A stretch of 64,000 bases of DNA from Desulfocapsa sp. (GTDB taxonomy: Bacteria; Desulfobacterota; Desulfobulbia; Desulfobulbales; Desulfocapsaceae), in NCBI GenBank assembly GCA_024763035.1, contig JANTGG010000002.1, forward strand, positions 48,970 to 112,969. The letters are read 5' to 3'. The notes under the pieces were generated by a model, which saw nothing but the letters and a program-made list of their open reading frames with translations, was not told where the DNA came from and made no database searches. The translations under genes and the position numbers were made by a program. Position 1 is the first letter of the stretch; each line of letters opens with the position of its first letter. Of the stretch, positions 18,880 to 28,513 are shown piece after piece.

Positions 18880-19797
18880 TCAGCCCCGCGGGTGAAATTT
18901 CTTGTGAATGGATTTCAGGCGGTCCCGGTCGATATGGGTATAAATCTGGGTTGTGGTGATATCGGAATGGCCGAGCATAAGCTGTACGGAGCGGAGATCG
19001 GCACCGTGGGTGAGCAGGTGGGTGGCAAAGGAGTGGCGAAGGGTATGGGGGGAGAGTTTGTCGCTGATTCCGGCGGCAGCTGCGGCATCGTTTATGATCT
19101 GCCAGAAGCGCAGACGGGTCATGGCTTTTGCACGATTGCTAACAAACAGGGCGTCGCTGCGTCTGCCCTTCAGGATTAGGGGACGGGCGGATTGCAGATA
19201 ATTTTCAATGGATTCTTTTGCCGGAATTCCAAAGGGTATCAGTCGTTCTTTTTCGCCTTTCCCAAGTACGCGGACAAAACAGGATGTCAGGTTACAGGCG
19301 GTTACCGGCAGGGTGACGAGTTCTGTGACCCGCAGACCTGTGGAGTAAAGAAGCTGCAGCATGCAGTAGTTGCGCACGATGAGGGGACTCTGCAGGGCGG
19401 GAGGGGTGAGCAGTCTGTCCACAACTTCTATCGGCAGTGCCTTTGGCAGGGGCTGCCCGCTTTTGGGGATGGTGATAAAGGCGAGGGGGTTGGTTTCTAT
19501 CTCACCGGCATGGTGGAGAAAGGAAAAAAAACTCTTCAGGGCAGAGAGGCGTCGTCCATTGCTGCGGTGGGAAATATTTCTGCTGAGACAGAATTTGAGA
19601 AATCTGTGGATGCTTGTGTCGGAAACATCCCCGAGACAGGTTATTTTTGCTGAACGCTGGATAAACCTGAGAAAAAAGGCGATGTCGGCATCGTATGCCC
19701 TGATCGTATTTTCCGCAAAGCGTTTCTCGGTGATGAGATAGAAGAGAAAACGTTCTTTGGCGGCACCAAATTCCGGAAGAAGCGGTTTCGTGATGAT
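18880..19797 (-). CDS. xerD: Tyrosine recombinase XerD. The frame is open to 19797 but its first ATG/GTG/TTG is at 19422
   Basis: Catalytic R (GLRVTE), K (GKGEKER), HTLRH, LGH and Y (TQIY) present. Hand translation shows the N-terminal SAM-like domain (FLFYLITEKRFAENTIRAY...RRLSALKSFFSFL) in the same frame. An in-frame TAG lies six codons upstream of ATC 19797. Confidence 0.85.
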   Translation of the reverse strand: MITKPLLPEFGAAKERFLFYLITEKRFAENTIRAYDADIAFFLRFIQRSAKITCLGDVSDTSIHRFLKFCLSRNISHRSNGRRLSALKSFFSFLHHAGEIETNPLAFITIPKSGQPLPKALPIEVVDRLLTPPALQSPLIVRNYCMLQLLYSTGLRVTELVTLPVTACNLTSCFVRVLGKGEKERLIPFGIPAKESIENYLQSARPLILKGRRSDALFVSNRAKAMTRLRFWQIINDAAAAAGISDKLSPHTLRHSFATHLLTHGADLRSVQLMLGHSDITTTQIYTHIDRDRLKSIHKKFHPRG

Positions 19798-19823
19798 GGC
19801 TGCTAAGAAGAGCTATTAAGAGG

Positions 19824-19870
19824 AAAAACGTCTGTTACCTGGTAAAGAAAAAGGAAGCAGCAGACGTTTT
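19824..19870 (-). terminator. Possible terminator/attenuator hairpin between rpsU and xerD
   Basis: AAAACGTCTG...CAGACGTTTT 10-bp stem, 26-nt loop, T tract on the minus strand. Confidence 0.4.
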
Positions 19871-19892
19871 AAAGGGAAGGGCAACTCTTGTC

Positions 19893-20084
19893 TCAGCCGC
19901 GTCTGATGCGGTTGAACTTGCGAAGTTTGCGGCGTGCTTCAGCCTGTTTGCGGCGTTTTTTGACACTTGGCTTTTCATAGTGCTCACGGCGTTTTAACTC
20001 TCTTTTGATTCCATCAATCTGCAGTTTCTTCTTCAGCTGTCTGATGGCATATTCAAGATCTCCACGAACTTCAACTTCTATCAT
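19893..20084 (-). CDS. rpsU: 30S ribosomal protein S21
   Basis: ELKRREHYEKPSVKKRRK. Confidence 0.96.
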   Translation of the reverse strand: MIEVEVRGDLEYAIRQLKKKLQIDGIKRELKRREHYEKPSVKKRRKQAEARRKLRKFNRIRRG

Positions 20085-20264
20085 TTGGGACTCCGTAAGT
20101 ACAAAATATAGTTAAGGAAATAATATGATTAGAAAATCCACCCGGAATTTCTAACGGAATAATCGTAAAAAATAAAAACGGTAATTTTCCTTATATAGAA
20201 AAAAGTCGCCGTTCTGTCAATGGATTATTGTCCATTAAAGGGGGATTGTCGTTTTCCGGGTGGA

Positions 20265-21638
20265 TCAGGGGAGTATTTTACCGGGATTGAGAATGGTGTT
20301 CGGGTCAAAGAGCTTTTTCAGGCTGCGCATGACTGCAATGCTTGTCCTGTCAAGCTCGAGACTGATAAACGCGGATTTTGTGTTTCCCACGCCATGTTCG
20401 CCGGAAATCGTTCCCCCCAGCCGGAGAACTTCTGTAAACAGTGCGCTCTTTGCCTGTTGTATCTTCTCAGACTCACGTTGGTCGCGATTTCGTGTCATTA
20501 TGTTGACATGCAGGTTGCCGTCACCGGCGTGACCGAAAGTGAGGATGATGAGCTGCAGCTTCCCGGCAAGGGACTCACAAAAAAGAACCAGGTCCGGGAT
20601 ACGGGTTCTTGGTACGACCACGTCTTCGCTGCTCTTGTGCGGGTTCAGTTTGAATGCTGCCGGAGATATGGAACGTCGTGCCCGCCAGATGTCCTGGATG
20701 TCCTGCTCGTTTGCCGCCTGCCGCAGGCTGCAGTGGGGTTCCTGTTTGAGCAGTTCCCTGAGCCGCTGTACCTGGTCCATGACATGATCTTTGCTGCCGT
20801 CAATTTCCAGAATAAGCATGGTGCGGATATCTTCTGCCGGCGGCTCCGGCAGAAGTTCTGAAACGACGCTGATGGCAGTCTTGTCCATATACTCCAGGGT
20901 ACAGGGCAGGATATTGTGCTGCAGGATTTTTGCAACCAGTGTTGTGGATTTCTGCAGAGAGGTGGATTGCAGGAGAAAGGTTTCCTTCCATTCCGGCAGG
21001 GGCTGGAGCCGGGTGATGATTTGAGTGATTACGCCAAGCGTTCCTTCCGAGCCGATAAAGAGTCTGGTGAGGTCATAGCCCACAACGCCTTTTTCTGTGC
21101 GGGTGCCAGTGTGCAGGATGTCGCCGTTGGCAAGCACAACTTCAAGCCCGATGATGGAGTCTTTGGTGACACCGTATTTTACCGCAGACGGACCACCTGC
21201 ACATTCGGCCGCGTTTCCGCCAAGGGTGCAGAACTTCAGGCTGGCGGGGTCGGGCGGGTACATGAGCTGCTGTTTCTTCAGTTCGCTCTGAAATTCTCCG
21301 GTGATAACCCCCGGCTGGACCACAGCGATCTGGTTTTCTTTGTCAATTTCAAGGATTCGGTTCAGTCGTGAACAAGCAAGTACCATACCTCCCTGCAGGG
21401 GGACTGCCCCGCCTGTCATGCCGGAACCGGCTCCCCTTGCGGTTACCGGCAGACCGTGCTCGTTTGCAAGTCTCAGGAGGGCAGATACCTGTTCTGTGCA
21501 GTCCGGGAAGACAACAACATCGGGGAGAGCCCTCTGTCTGCTGCCGTCGTAGGAGTAGCAGTGCAGTTCTTCTTTTCCTGTCCTGCAGTGTTTCTGCCCG
21601 ACAATATTGCTGATCTTTTGTAACAGTGTTGAGTCCAT
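20265..21638 (-). CDS. FAD-linked oxidase, GlcD/D-lactate dehydrogenase family
   Basis: RGAGSGMTGG, YPPDPAS, GGNAAECAGG, GSEGTLG, GHAGDGNLH, GEHGVG. Confidence 0.9.
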   Translation of the reverse strand: MDSTLLQKISNIVGQKHCRTGKEELHCYSYDGSRQRALPDVVVFPDCTEQVSALLRLANEHGLPVTARGAGSGMTGGAVPLQGGMVLACSRLNRILEIDKENQIAVVQPGVITGEFQSELKKQQLMYPPDPASLKFCTLGGNAAECAGGPSAVKYGVTKDSIIGLEVVLANGDILHTGTRTEKGVVGYDLTRLFIGSEGTLGVITQIITRLQPLPEWKETFLLQSTSLQKSTTLVAKILQHNILPCTLEYMDKTAISVVSELLPEPPAEDIRTMLILEIDGSKDHVMDQVQRLRELLKQEPHCSLRQAANEQDIQDIWRARRSISPAAFKLNPHKSSEDVVVPRTRIPDLVLFCESLAGKLQLIILTFGHAGDGNLHVNIMTRNRDQRESEKIQQAKSALFTEVLRLGGTISGEHGVGNTKSAFISLELDRTSIAVMRSLKKLFDPNTILNPGKILP

Positions 21639-21849
21639 TGCTGCATCATACTCCTGTGGGAAAAAAAACAGTAGGCAAAAGAGATGGGATATGGATCTTC
21701 GTCTGTGGATGAAGTAGAATGGGAACAGCGGTATCTGGTCGGCATGGAAGTGCTGTTTTCCTGATCAGAGAAGCCCGCCTCCCCGATGCCTGGCGGGCTG
21801 GGCGAAAGAGCAGGGCGGTTAAAGATAATGATTGGAGTTTGAGGATCTA

Positions 21850-22797
21850 ATGGGAAATACGAAAAAAATACGGGTGGCATTGCTTGCCGGAGGGAAATCC
21901 GGAGAACGTGATGTCTCTCTTGCAGGGGCGGCAGGTTTTGAGGCGGCAATTGACCGGGATCGGTTTGAGTTGTCCCGTTATGATCCCAAAACGGATCTTG
22001 AACGACTCGCCGGGGATGTTGAACAGATAGATGTTGCCTTTATCCTTCTCCATGGAATACACGGGGAAGATGGAACGGTACAGGGGTATCTGGATCTCCT
22101 GGGTATCCCGTATCAGGGCTCCGGCGTCCTCGGCAGTGCACTGGCCATGGATAAAAATATGGCAAAGAGCTTATACCAGCTCGAAGGACTGCCCGTTGCC
22201 CGCTGGGAGATGGCACAAGTGGAAGATAAGGAACGTGCGGATCGCCTGCTCGCCATTCTTGAGTTACCGCTGGTAATAAAACCTGTTCGTGAAGGATCCA
22301 GTCTTGGTATGAGCATAGCCCGTGACAAAGAGCAGCTGCTTGACGGTGTCCGCCTTGCGTATGAGCACGATTCGCAGGTGATGGTAGAGGAGTATCTGGA
22401 AGGGCGTGAGATCACCGTCGGGGTGATCGGCAATGACGAGTTGACACCGCTGCCGCTGGTTGAGATTGTTCCCGGTGACGGGTTTGAATTTTTTGATTAT
22501 GAGGCAAAGTACAGAGATGGCGGGGCACGGGAGATCTGCCCCGCAGAGGTGAATGCTGATATTGCCGAAAAAGCTCAGCAATATGCTCTTGCCGCCCATC
22601 GAATCCTGCAGCTGCGGGGATATTCCCGTACAGATATGATTTTGACACCCGCAGGCGACTTGTATCTGCTTGAGACGAACACGATCCCGGGAATGACCCC
22701 CACAAGCCTGCTGCCCCAGGCGGCGGCGGAAGCAGGACTTGGTTTTCAGGCGTTAATCAGCAGGCTGCTTGATCTTGCCCTTGAAAAAACAGTCTGA
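21850..22797 (+). CDS. ddl: D-alanine--D-alanine ligase
   Basis: GGKSGERDVS, LHGIHGEDG, GSSLG, FFDYEAKY, ETNTIPGMT. Confidence 0.95.
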   Translation: MGNTKKIRVALLAGGKSGERDVSLAGAAGFEAAIDRDRFELSRYDPKTDLERLAGDVEQIDVAFILLHGIHGEDGTVQGYLDLLGIPYQGSGVLGSALAMDKNMAKSLYQLEGLPVARWEMAQVEDKERADRLLAILELPLVIKPVREGSSLGMSIARDKEQLLDGVRLAYEHDSQVMVEEYLEGREITVGVIGNDELTPLPLVEIVPGDGFEFFDYEAKYRDGGAREICPAEVNADIAEKAQQYALAAHRILQLRGYSRTDMILTPAGDLYLLETNTIPGMTPTSLLPQAAAEAGLGFQALISRLLDLALEKTV

Positions 22798-23883
22798 TCA
22801 GCGGCTCTCCAGAAAACATTTGATATGATCGCTTCGTGCCGGATGACGCAGACGCTGTAAGGCTTCCTGTTCTATCTGGCGAATGCGTTCCCGGGAAACA
22901 TTAAAGCGTTTTCCAACCTCATCAAGGGTGCATTCCTCTTTTACACCGATTCCAAAACGCATACGGATAACCTGTGCTTCCCGGTCACTGAGGCTGGCGA
23001 GTACGTCGTCGAGCTGTTTGTGAAGGTCTGCTGTTACGGCAATGTCAGCAGGAGAATCCGCCTTTTTATTCTCGATAATGGACATCAGGTTCTGATTGTT
23101 CTCGCCAATGGGCTCGTCCAGAGAAGATGGCTCTCGGGTTGTCTCCATAATGGCAAGCATCTTTTCGTAGGGCATGTATGTTGTTTCGGAGAGTTCTGAA
23201 ATGGTAGGCTTTCTTCCCAGTTCCCGGTGCAGTTCACTGAATGATTTGTTGAAATGGTTGCAGGAGACCAGAAAGTGGGCGGGCAGTTTGATGGTTCTGG
23301 TCTTTTCCGGGATTGCCCGTGTTATTGCCTGTCGTATCCACCAGGAGGCATAAGTTGAAAAGCGTCTGCCTGTGTTGTGGTCAAAGCGGAACACTGCCCG
23401 CATCAGCCCTATACATCCTTCCTGGGTAAGGTCGGCAAGGCTTAATCCCCTGTCTGTATAGCGTTTGGCAATGGAGCAGACCAGGCGAAGATTGGCAGTG
23501 ATAAGGGAATTTTTTGCCGTTTCTATCTCTTCAGCCATCCCTTTAAACTGGATGCAGATCCTACGGGTGGCGTTGTCTTCCGGGAGTTTGCAGCAGATCA
23601 ATTCCATGGTGGACATCATGTAATCCAGCCTGCGTTTGCCGGGTTTCAGTTCTTTGTCTTTTTCCTCCCATTTCTGCAGTGTCTTCTGCAGGGCAAGGAT
23701 CTCGTCGGGTGGAGATTCAATACTGAGCACTCCTCTGGCAATGTACTGGAAATTGTCCCGGATGATTTTGGTGTATTCCAGTTCGTCCTCATGGCTGAGT
23801 AGTCGTGACGACTGCAGCTGCTGTTCGACAAGAGATGGCGGCTGTCTGTCTTCTGTGCTGTCATGGCTGTCTGTCTGTAGCAT
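22798..23883 (-). CDS. RpoD-like (group 2) alternative sigma-70 factor lacking region 1.1
   Basis: ANLRLVCSIAKRY, DLTQEGCIGLMRAV, FSTYASWWIRQAI, TLDEVGKRFNVSRERIRQIE; 361 aa. Confidence 0.9.
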   Translation of the reverse strand: MLQTDSHDSTEDRQPPSLVEQQLQSSRLLSHEDELEYTKIIRDNFQYIARGVLSIESPPDEILALQKTLQKWEEKDKELKPGKRRLDYMMSTMELICCKLPEDNATRRICIQFKGMAEEIETAKNSLITANLRLVCSIAKRYTDRGLSLADLTQEGCIGLMRAVFRFDHNTGRRFSTYASWWIRQAITRAIPEKTRTIKLPAHFLVSCNHFNKSFSELHRELGRKPTISELSETTYMPYEKMLAIMETTREPSSLDEPIGENNQNLMSIIENKKADSPADIAVTADLHKQLDDVLASLSDREAQVIRMRFGIGVKEECTLDEVGKRFNVSRERIRQIEQEALQRLRHPARSDHIKCFLESR

Positions 23884-24144
23884 TGGAACCCTCGGTTTTG
23901 TGGTAATTTTATTCTGGGGGTAATGGTTTTTCAGTAATGCAAAAAGTGAACCAGTATTAATTTTTGTACTTTTAGTGGTGTGATATCAGGCTATTGTGGA
24001 GTGGCGTATTTCGTATGCAGGGGGGGAGGTCACAGGAGAGTCGGAAATTTGACAATCCGGTTTCCGTATTTGGGGGCAGGGGGCAGATTGATGAAGATGG
24101 GATAGGATTGTTTCTATCGTACTGTTTAAAAGGCATTACTTTTC

Positions 24145-24173
24145 TTGACAGATATTTGTGGAGTGTATAGAAC
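24145..24173 (+). promoter_or_regulatory. Possible sigma-70 promoter of the sigma-54 activator gene
   Basis: TTGACA-N17-TAGAAC. Confidence 0.45.
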
Positions 24174-24254
24174 TATAAATAGATGTAAATGATGTTTACG
24201 ATAGGAAAGAAAGTTTCATGGCATATTTCTGCTGAGTAAAAAAAACTGAATATT

Positions 24255-25799
24255 ATGGAACTGCGCAGTCAACTCTCATCCCTCAGGCGTCGTCTTAACC
24301 AGGTTCGCGGAAGCTGGACGACTGAGGACTACAATTCCCTGGTCTGTTTTTATGTGGACCTGCTGCCCAAGCTGATGCATGTGGAGCGGTGCACCATTTT
24401 TCTCAATGAATCCGGCGGTGGTTCTCTGGTCTCCATGTTTGGAACAGCTCTTGAGAGGGGTGTTATCCAGGCACCTCGTGAAGGCAGTATTGTCGGCAGG
24501 GTTCTCGCAGATGGCGACAGTGTTATTGAAAACGATCTGAAAGCGGTTTCCGGGTATCATCAGCAGGCGGATGAACAGACAGGGTTTCATAGTCGCAATA
24601 CCCTCTGTGCTCCCATCAGGAGTGTCGCCAACGGAGCTGTGCTTGGTGTGATCCAGCTTTTGAACAGTAACAAAGCGTCCGGTTTCAGCACAGATGACCA
24701 GGTATATCTCGAAGAGATTGCCGGATACCTCTCCATCTCCATTGAATCCTTTCTGTTAAGTGAGAAGATTGAGGAGATTGTGGAGATTGCCCGGGAGATT
24801 GACACCGAAGTGGCGAAAATTCAGCCCGGCGAGATGCCTCAGGGAGAATTTATTGCAAAAAGTCCGGAGATGCTTGCTGTCCTGAGGATGGTCTGGGTTG
24901 TTCGTAATACCCCGGTTAATGTTTTAATACAGGGCGAGAACGGAACCGGCAAGGAACTCATTGCCAAGATGATTCATGAGCATGGTGAGCGGCACGACAA
25001 GCCCTTTGTACCCGTTAACTGTGCCTGTATTCCCGAAACACTGGTTGAGAGTGAATTTTTTGGTCATGAAAAGGGAGCTTTTACGGGAGCAGGCAAGAGT
25101 CGCCGCGGTCGCTTTGAGGAAGCAAAGGGGGGGACGTTGTTCCTTGACGAAATTGGCGAAATGCCGCTTAGTGTTCAACCAAAATTTCTGCGTGCTGTTC
25201 AGGAGCAGGAGGGAACGCGACTGGGCAGTAATGTTCCTGTTGCCTACGATGTACGTCTTATTTCTGCCACAAACCGCGATCTGCAAAAGGAAATTGATGA
25301 AGGCAATTTTCGCCGGGATCTCTTCTTCCGTCTGTTTTCAGTGGAGATCGAGATCCCTCCCCTGCGCGAACGAAAGGAGGATATCCTGCCCCTTGCCCTC
25401 TCTTTTCGCGAAGAAACCAACCAGAGATTCAGCAAGGCGGTGGGTGAGTTCAGCCCCGAACTGCTGAACCTGTTTGAGGAGTTTCCGTGGCCGGGAAATG
25501 TGCGGCAGCTAATGAAAGAAGTGGAGCGTCTTGTTGCTCTTACCGGTGACGGAATGCAGATGGAAGTGGCAACCTGCTCCCGTGAGCTTCGTACTTTTGC
25601 CGCAAACAATCAGATTGAGAAAGTACGTATGCCGGAAGGTGAGTATGGACTGCCCGAGCAGGTGACAAGCCTTGAAAAACGGTTGATCGTGAAGGCTCTC
25701 ACTGACACAGGGGGAAACAAAACCCAGGCCTCAAAATTACTGCATATTACCCGTCAGGGTCTCCTGAAAAAAATAAAGAGGTATCAGCTTTCTGTTTAA
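24255..25799 (+). CDS. GAF-domain sigma-54-dependent transcriptional activator (Fis-type HTH)
   Basis: [40 protein letters not shown]-terminal HTH. Confidence 0.93.
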   Translation: MELRSQLSSLRRRLNQVRGSWTTEDYNSLVCFYVDLLPKLMHVERCTIFLNESGGGSLVSMFGTALERGVIQAPREGSIVGRVLADGDSVIENDLKAVSGYHQQADEQTGFHSRNTLCAPIRSVANGAVLGVIQLLNSNKASGFSTDDQVYLEEIAGYLSISIESFLLSEKIEEIVEIAREIDTEVAKIQPGEMPQGEFIAKSPEMLAVLRMVWVVRNTPVNVLIQGENGTGKELIAKMIHEHGERHDKPFVPVNCACIPETLVESEFFGHEKGAFTGAGKSRRGRFEEAKGGTLFLDEIGEMPLSVQPKFLRAVQEQEGTRLGSNVPVAYDVRLISATNRDLQKEIDEGNFRRDLFFRLFSVEIEIPPLRERKEDILPLALSFREETNQRFSKAVGEFSPELLNLFEEFPWPGNVRQLMKEVERLVALTGDGMQMEVATCSRELRTFAANNQIEKVRMPEGEYGLPEQVTSLEKRLIVKALTDTGGNKTQASKLLHITRQGLLKKIKRYQLSV

Positions 25800-25851
25800 C
25801 TTTTCAGGACTGTTCTCAATCTTCTTTTTTCAGCAGAAATGTCTGTAATGT

Positions 25852-25912
25852 GGTACTTCCACCCCTCAAGAGGGTACCGAAAAGAGTGCCGATCTACCAT
25901 TTGTTACCGGCG
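25852..25912 (+). repeat. 61-bp structured repeat family B, copy 1
   Basis: Ungapped 45/61 identity (hand count) to 51786-51846; 14 of 16 differences are transitions. Confidence 0.8.
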
Positions 25913-26225
25913 CCAGTCCGTAGAAAGTTTCTGAGACGTAATCCAACAAAGTTGGAGCACTTTGTATCCTTCCCTGAAAGTTCCTTTTTTAAAAGAGTTG
26001 CTTTCGTGCTTCTGTTTCCTATACAATTCTTGTAAAGGAGCTATCTTCTCCTGCCTCATCTAATGAGTGTGCAAAATAGTGCCTTCCTCCTGAAAAGCTG
26101 TAATAAAAAACACGGTGGAACCTTGCAGCTAACGAGCTCAAAAGGAAAAGGGGCAAATTTCATCATCACCTTGCCGGTAGATGGAGCAGCAAGGATACAA
26201 GAAGTAACAGTTCGCGAGGATATCC

Positions 26226-28313
26226 ATGGTTGAACCGAAAAAAAGGTATACGTTGCTCATTGCCGAAGAAGATGCTGTTATCCGTAAAGAGACCAGCTCT
26301 TTTCTTCAATTACAGGGCTATGACACGCTGGAGGCGGGCAGTGGCAGCAAAGCCCTTGAGCTGCTTCGTTCTCACAAACCAGATATTCTTATCACGGATT
26401 TGCGAATGCCCGGACTGGACGATTCCGAGCTGCTGAAAATAACTCTCCAGGAATTTCCTTTGACCCCGGTTATTATTCTTTCCGGTATGGGCACTATGCA
26501 GGATGCCATCGATTTATTACACCTCGGAGCCTTTGATTATATCAGTAAACCGATTCAGGATATGGAGCTCATTCTTCACAGTGTGAAGAAGGGGCTTGAG
26601 CACCTGGAACTCAAGAAAAGAGCACAGAGTCATACCGACGAAATGGAAGCCCTGGTACGGCAACGAACCATGGAACTCCTGCAGCAGAACAAACAGCTCG
26701 AAAAGGAGATGAAAAAACGGCAGGTTCAGGAAACTCTGGTTCTTCATGCCAAACAGGAATGGGAACGGACGGTCGATTCCATGCCAGAGATGATTGCCTT
26801 GGTTGACAATAATCACCACATTGTGCGCATGAATCATTCTATGCAGCAAAAGATAGGAAAGCCCTATGAAGAAATCATAAACAAACCGTGTTTTCACTGG
26901 CTGCATGGTATGCAATGCCCGCACGGGAAATGTCCCCACGTTAAAACCCTGACTGATTTCCGGGAACATACAGAAGAATTTTACGAACCGCACCTCAACT
27001 GTTACGTCGAAGTGACCACTGTCCCCTATAAAGACCCTGACGGTACTTTGATCGGTTCTGTGCATATTGTCAGGGATATATCCGAACGAAAAAATCAACA
27101 GAAAGATTATGAACGACTCTTTGAATCATCCAGAGACGCCATTATCGTTACTGATGAGAGCGGCTTTCTTGACTGTAATCATGCCGCCCTGAAGATGTTT
27201 GGTTATAAAGATAAAGAAGAGTTCCTTACACTTTGCCCTGCTGATGTTTCTCCTGAAATACAGCCCGACGGTACTTTTTCCGCCGAGGCGGCCGAAAAAC
27301 AAATTAGAGAGGCCATTGAAGGGCGCGGAGTTTTCTTTTCCTGGGAACATAAACGCAAAGATGGATCGATTTTTCCGGCAGAGATTCTTCTCAGTCCCTT
27401 TGAGCGTGAAGATAAACTTGTTGTGCAGGGGGTTGTGCGTGATGTAAGTGATCGTCTTCTAGCTGATAAAGATAAAGAAAAACTGCAATCCCAACTGCTA
27501 CATGCCCAGAAACTGGAATCTGTAGGACAACTGGCAGCAGGAATTGCCCATGAAATCAACACACCTGCCCAGTTTATAGGTACAAATATTGATTTTCTTG
27601 ACGAAGCCGTACAAGATTTCATTGAATTCATAACACAACTTAAAAAAATAATGGCAACGGCAACAGCAGAGACGGAACAGGCTATTTGCCATGCCCTTGA
27701 AGAGGCAGACTGGGAGTTTCTTGTCACAGAACTTCCCCAGGCCATAGCTCAATCAAAGGATGGGGTGCAACGGGTGACATCTATTGTCCGGGCCATGAAA
27801 GAATTTTCCCATCCCGGCAGTAAAGAAAAAGTCCTGTACAACCTCAACAACATCATTGAAACCACGGTGACAGTGGCCAGAAATGAGTGGAAATATGTGG
27901 CCGAAGTGAAACTGGATCTTGATGAAGATCTCCCGCAGCTCCCCCTGCTCGTTGATGAAATGGGTCAGGTGGTTCTTAATATGCTGGTTAACGGAGCCCA
28001 TGCCATTGGAGACAAACTTGGTGAAAATCCCCAGGGGGATAAGGGGACAATTACTATCACGACCAGAAATGGGAAAGACCATGTGCTTCTGACCATCAGT
28101 GACACGGGTACAGGTATTCCGGAAGAATCAAGGACACGCATCTTTGATCCGTTTTATACCACTAAGGCTGTAGGAAAAGGTACAGGGCAGGGGCTTGCCA
28201 TTGCCCATGATGTAATCAGTAAACATGAGGGCGCAATCAGAGTGGAGAGTACAGCGGGCAAGGGAACTACCTTTACTATCGCACTGCCTTTCGATAAAAT
28301 TGCAAAAATATAG
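26226..28313 (+). CDS. REC-PAS-PAS histidine kinase
   Basis: N-terminal receiver (ITDLRMP), two PAS domains, AHEINTP, FDPFYTTK, GTGQGL. Confidence 0.92.
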   Translation: MVEPKKRYTLLIAEEDAVIRKETSSFLQLQGYDTLEAGSGSKALELLRSHKPDILITDLRMPGLDDSELLKITLQEFPLTPVIILSGMGTMQDAIDLLHLGAFDYISKPIQDMELILHSVKKGLEHLELKKRAQSHTDEMEALVRQRTMELLQQNKQLEKEMKKRQVQETLVLHAKQEWERTVDSMPEMIALVDNNHHIVRMNHSMQQKIGKPYEEIINKPCFHWLHGMQCPHGKCPHVKTLTDFREHTEEFYEPHLNCYVEVTTVPYKDPDGTLIGSVHIVRDISERKNQQKDYERLFESSRDAIIVTDESGFLDCNHAALKMFGYKDKEEFLTLCPADVSPEIQPDGTFSAEAAEKQIREAIEGRGVFFSWEHKRKDGSIFPAEILLSPFEREDKLVVQGVVRDVSDRLLADKDKEKLQSQLLHAQKLESVGQLAAGIAHEINTPAQFIGTNIDFLDEAVQDFIEFITQLKKIMATATAETEQAICHALEEADWEFLVTELPQAIAQSKDGVQRVTSIVRAMKEFSHPGSKEKVLYNLNNIIETTVTVARNEWKYVAEVKLDLDEDLPQLPLLVDEMGQVVLNMLVNGAHAIGDKLGENPQGDKGTITITTRNGKDHVLLTISDTGTGIPEESRTRIFDPFYTTKAVGKGTGQGLAIAHDVISKHEGAIRVESTAGKGTTFTIALPFDKIAKI

Positions 28314-28513
28314 TTCGTCCTTTTTGTGTTTTGGTGAGAATTAAAAGTGTGCAGGTACAAACTTTCTCGTGATTAACATCAAAGGAAAGCTGTTCTTTGT
28401 TGTGTTTGTAACTGCTTTATATGAGTATGAAAAATATCATAATAGCGTGAGCCGTAACTCGCTGCTCTTGTATTGAATTGGGCTTGACGGTTATGGTACA
28501 GGGAAGGATAGCA

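Noticed and set aside
18880-19797. Tyrosine recombinase as a prophage or island integrase
   Set aside because: XerD-type size and motifs, housekeeping neighbours, and no att repeats or phage genes
19832-19866. GGAAGCAGC resembling SRP RNA domain IV
   Set aside because: Lacks the CAGG partner strand and the stem closing a GNRA tetraloop
23938-23952. Sigma-54-like site TGGTTCACTTTTGCA (minus strand); similar site at 26071-26084
   Set aside because: GG-to-GC spacing is 9 nt rather than the required 10
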